DNA of 64,000 nucleotides from an uncultured Thermoplasmata archaeon (GTDB lineage Archaea; Thermoplasmatota; Thermoplasmata; UBA10834): NCBI GenBank assembly GCA_963719945.1, contig CAVRDX010000001.1, positions 32,001 to 96,000 of the forward strand, read 5' to 3'. Shown piece by piece: positions 60,336 to 64,000 of this stretch (position 1 is its first letter; each line of letters starts with the position of its first letter). The notes under the pieces were generated by a model. It saw only the letters and a program-made list of their open reading frames with translations, ran no database searches and was not told where the DNA came from. The position numbers and the translations under genes were made by a program.

Positions 60336-63300
60336 TCAGAGCATCTTTCCGTTTACTTGCAGGGAATCATACTCGCAGCCCGTCACGAGGTCGTACGCTA
60401 GTATCATACCCTTGCAGTTGCCCATTGTAGCCGTGAGTGTCAGCGTGACTGGCACACTCTCTCCGGGCTGCAGCCAGATCGCATACGAGCTCAGCGTAAG
60501 AGCTGTCCATGGCTGATATGCGGTCGTGGTGATCGTAAGTGTGTAGCTCACATGGTTCGCGCTGTTCTTCAGAGCTACCACGAACTCCCATTCGCCCGGG
60601 ACTGGGTCATCCACAACTATGCTGTCCCCGCTCTCCCACAATATGCCTCGGTTGCTCCAATCGGCAGCATATATGACGACATCGAGGTCGGCATTCTCGT
60701 CGGTCCATTCGATAGATGCTGTCATCGAGAGTGTGCCTGGTTGCACAGTGAACAGCTCGGAACTTGCTCCCTTACCGTGCTGGTCTATCGACGATACCCA
60801 ATCCACGAATGTGTATGTCGCGCTGACGACGGTGTCCATGACTGGCATCAGTCCAACGCCTACAGCATACTCCATGTTGTTCAGCAGGTTCGTTGTCATC
60901 GATGTGCCTGGTTTCACACAGATTCTGTCTGCCTCGAACTGTGCAGCGGTCATGGGCGTGACCGTTACGGTGTACGGTTCCTCGAGCACTCTATCCATCA
61001 TCACTACGTGGAACGCGAGCATCCACATGCCTGGTTCAGGATCTAGCACTGTCAATATGTCCGCGGTGTCTCCCGTGGAAGTCTCCCAAGGCCCGAAAAT
61101 GCCGTCCTTGATGTAATTCGTTATGGACGCATCCACTACTTCCCTATCTGGGTTTATCCAGTATGTGTCGATGTCCGTATTCCAGCTCGACCAGTCTATC
61201 ACTGAAGTCAAGGCGGTGGGTGTCTCGTCCTCTGGCACTTCGACAAAATAGTACTTCCAGTCTCCCTCATTGAATCCCCAGACCTCGTGATTCACATCAA
61301 TGACATCCTCGAACGCTGCCCCTATCTTGATCGGAACTGATATCGCCACCGGGACCAGCGAGTCGACCCCATCATAGCTCGCCTGGATGAATCCAGTGTG
61401 TACTCCCGGGGTCGCGTCTGATGGGACTTCTATGGTCGCGATGGAATCAGCTGTGCTGAACCAGTCCCATGTTGTCAACGAGAAGAACCTGATGCCTACA
61501 TCGAACGGCACTGAAAGGGTCCTGTACATCACAGGAGAGACTCTCAATTCGTAGTCGCCTGGTGTGACCCTTGCGTTCAGTTCCTGCGTGTTCGTGTGGG
61601 CGTATGCATAGTTGATCATGGTCCTCTCACCGTTCTCATCGAGTCTGTAGAGGATGATGTTGATGTGAGTATCGGTGTATCCACCTGAGCTGGTCAACTC
61701 GTGCACGTCCCTTGTGAACACATACTCCTGATCGAACGCTAGGTCGATGGTGATGTAGTCCTCCCCATCTTCAACAGGGAACTCGTAGAACAGATCCTCT
61801 CCATCCAGGCTCGTGCCTGAGAAAGTCATGTCCTCTCGTCCGCTCGGGACATATGTCTTGGAGCCGAGCACGGTTCCATCAGCGAACTCCGTGTTGGCGT
61901 ATGAACCTGCATCAATGGTCAATGCAACCGATGACGGTCCTGGAGCTTGCCAGTCGTTCTCTACAGCGCTGTATGCTGCGAGCGCATCGATCCTGCCTGG
62001 ACCCTGTTCGTTCGGCTCATAACCCATGTCCAACGCGGTGCCCATGATGATCTCCCTTAGCTGATCCGGCGTCGGTGCGATCCCGTGCTTCACGAGATAC
62101 GCCTCATAGATGAGCGCACCAACTCCAGCAGCGACAGGTGCCGCCATGCTGGTTCCTCCGAACTGCATCTCGATCGTATCTCCGGGCTGAGTGGACGGTC
62201 CCCACGCTCCCGCTGCACAGATATCAGGGTCTATCCTTCCATCAGCAGAGGGTCCTCGGCTGCTGAACCAGATCATATGGTCATTCTCGTACCCTTTCTC
62301 GCCTTCCTTCACGATAAGGTATTGTTCATAGTAATCTGACAATGGCCAATACTTCAGTAGCTGGCATTCAGCGTTGAGTGTGGATGCACCTACAGTCATC
62401 GTATTCTTCGAAACTCCCGAACAGCCGACGGTGCTCTGTCCTGTCCCCTCGTTACCTGCGGAGAGGAAGCTCGCGATGCCGTACTCATCCGCGGCTATGT
62501 CCAATGCGTAGGAGGTCGGGTCGTTGCCATCGTTGGGGACCTCCATTCCTCCCAGGCTCATGCTGATTATCTGAGCGTCATCGGCAGTGCCAGCAACGCC
62601 ATCGTCACCAGTAATCGCCCATTCTATGCCGCCGATGATCCAAGTGTCCCAGCCGTACCCTGTATCGTCCAGGACCTTCCCGGTCATCAGCTTTGCCGCA
62701 GGAGCCATGCCCATCATCTTGACTACGCCATCATATACGGAGACCACGTAGTCATTGAGACCTCTCGAAGCAACCAGTCCTGCAGTTGCGGTGCCGTGTC
62801 CATCCACGTCATGGAACTCCTCGCTCGTGAATGATCTGTACGATTTGATAGCATCCTTGAGGTCATTCTGTGTTATATCACAGCCCGTATCCAGGACCGC
62901 GACAGTCACACCATAGCCTTTGATCCCCTTTTCCCAGACATCCTCTGCCCCCATCTCCGCAGATGTAGATGCCCACCATGTGTTCGTGGCCTCAGTCGCG
63001 TCTAATTTCCCGATGCCAAGGGTAGCATATGTGTAGGCTTGCTCGTTCTTGTCATCCAGGAGCCGGTATTTCTTCTCATCAAGGAATATCTTCTCTACCT
63101 GATCCAGTGCGGCAACGCCCATCGCGGATCTCGAATCCATCTCAACAGCGAGCGCACCAAGGGCCGAAAATCTCTCCTTGACCGATGCTCCTGCCTTAAC
63201 CATAGCTCGTCCAACCGAATCGATGTCAGCATCGTCCGTGATGAAGACCACTGTTGTGAAAGAGGCGGTCTGTCCAGATTTCATCGCCCCCAACAATTGC

Positions 63301-63530
63301 GTTCGTAATTCTGGCTCGAACTTATCCATGGCGTTGGCGCCGACCGCTCCAGACGGTGGGGACAATGCCACCGCTGCCATACTCGCAGTCATCGCGAATG
63401 CCATCAGAATGCATGCTAGTCTCGTGCTCGCTCTCAACCTATCTTCCCCCCTGAATCCGTTGATATTCTGGGAGGCACCTGCATCCATGTATGTTGAGCT
63501 AGATGCAGAATCCCTTTGTTCATGTGCCAC
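60336..63530 (-). CDS. Secreted S8 (subtilisin-like) serine protease with C-terminal beta-sandwich domains
   Basis: Triad motifs VAVLDTG, DGHGT and GTSMAAP; SAGNEG; FSSRGP; signal peptide and prodomain. Start uncertain. Confidence 0.92.
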   Translation of the reverse strand: MAHEQRDSASSSTYMDAGASQNINGFRGEDRLRASTRLACILMAFAMTASMAAVALSPPSGAVGANAMDKFEPELRTQLLGAMKSGQTASFTTVVFITDDADIDSVGRAMVKAGASVKERFSALGALAVEMDSRSAMGVAALDQVEKIFLDEKKYRLLDDKNEQAYTYATLGIGKLDATEATNTWWASTSAEMGAEDVWEKGIKGYGVTVAVLDTGCDITQNDLKDAIKSYRSFTSEEFHDVDGHGTATAGLVASRGLNDYVVSVYDGVVKMMGMAPAAKLMTGKVLDDTGYGWDTWIIGGIEWAITGDDGVAGTADDAQIISMSLGGMEVPNDGNDPTSYALDIAADEYGIASFLSAGNEGTGQSTVGCSGVSKNTMTVGASTLNAECQLLKYWPLSDYYEQYLIVKEGEKGYENDHMIWFSSRGPSADGRIDPDICAAGAWGPSTQPGDTIEMQFGGTSMAAPVAAGVGALIYEAYLVKHGIAPTPDQLREIIMGTALDMGYEPNEQGPGRIDALAAYSAVENDWQAPGPSSVALTIDAGSYANTEFADGTVLGSKTYVPSGREDMTFSGTSLDGEDLFYEFPVEDGEDYITIDLAFDQEYVFTRDVHELTSSGGYTDTHINIILYRLDENGERTMINYAYAHTNTQELNARVTPGDYELRVSPVMYRTLSVPFDVGIRFFSLTTWDWFSTADSIATIEVPSDATPGVHTGFIQASYDGVDSLVPVAISVPIKIGAAFEDVIDVNHEVWGFNEGDWKYYFVEVPEDETPTALTSVIDWSSWNTDIDTYWINPDREVVDASITNYIKDGIFGPWETSTGDTADILTVLDPEPGMWMLAFHVVMMDRVLEEPYTVTVTPMTAAQFEADRICVKPGTSMTTNLLNNMEYAVGVGLMPVMDTVVSATYTFVDWVSSIDQHGKGASSELFTVQPGTLSMTASIEWTDENADLDVVIYAADWSNRGILWESGDSIVVDDPVPGEWEFVVALKNSANHVSYTLTITTTAYQPWTALTLSSYAIWLQPGESVPVTLTLTATMGNCKGMILAYDLVTGCEYDSLQVNGKML

Positions 63531-63642
63531 CCAAGCATGGGATTCCTATGGTGCTCTCCCCGTGCCCCAATGAACAATATTGTGCTATACTAAAGTTGCG
63601 GAGAATCTCTCCTTATGAGGGCAAATTCAGGCTGAACAATGC

Positions 63643-64000
63643 CTATATCTCGCAGGTCTCCCCAACCTGTGATGCATTGGTCCTTGGGAGCTTCTTCATG
63701 ATCCTTCTGAGCAAGGTAGGCGCGATGAGCACGCTTATGACTCCCATGAGCACGATAACCGAATAGATCGTATTGTCTATGATGCCCTCGTTCAAGCCGT
63801 ACAACGCTATGATCATCGCCACTTCCAGTCTGGCCGCCATGCCAAGACCTATCGCCACGGACTCGATATTCGTCATGCCGAATATCCTGGCGGGGATCGC
63901 ACTTCCAACGACTTTGGTGAGGATCGCCACTCCCGCTAAGGCGATTGCGAACATCCAGATGTCTAATGGCAATCTGATGTCAACAAGCACTCCGAGCGAT
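63643..64000 (-). CDS. Cation:proton antiporter (CPA2/Kef-like), C-terminal part only
   Basis: AILTKVVG; IGLGM.AR.EVA.IIA..G...GII. Confidence 0.85.
   Translation of the reverse strand, partial: SLGVLVDIRLPLDIWMFAIALAGVAILTKVVGSAIPARIFGMTNIESVAIGLGMAARLEVAMIIALYGLNEGIIDNTIYSVIVLMGVISVLIAPTLLRRIMKKLPRTNASQVGETCEI

Noticed and set aside
60336-63530. S8 protease as the activator of the gasdermin-like protein
   Set aside because: It is 5 kb away on the opposite strand, has a signal peptide and core-like codon usage. Not excluded, but unsupported

Overview
This is archaeal chromosomal DNA, most likely Thermoplasmatota: it has an archaeal 16S rRNA with no linked tRNA-Ala or 23S, an aIF2-beta with a C-terminal TRAM domain, and archaeal EF-2/EF-1a, tgtA, pcc1 and rps8e. 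Core content: tldD/pmbA, rps8e, a presenilin-like protease, pyrG, a group 3b NiFe hydrogenase operon with maturation protease, the 16S rRNA, three tRNAs (Ser-GCT with a BHB intron, Gln-TTG, Ala-TGC), an Opp/Dpp-type ABC locus whose binding protein sits on about 12 PKD domains, and rps12-rps7-EF2-EF1a-rps10. Two regions stand out. (1) At 20.7-24.6 kb two divergent membrane/surface genes are broken by many single-base frameshifts, either from decay or from sequencing indels. (2) At about 52.9-60.3 kb an accessory island follows tRNA-Ala. It is made of unrelated single genes separated by two families of degenerate, partly hairpin-forming repeats. One gene (54434-55225) looks like a gasdermin-fold pore-forming protein and is bracketed by two repeat copies. 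The gasdermin call rests on sequence-pattern recognition and needs structural confirmation.
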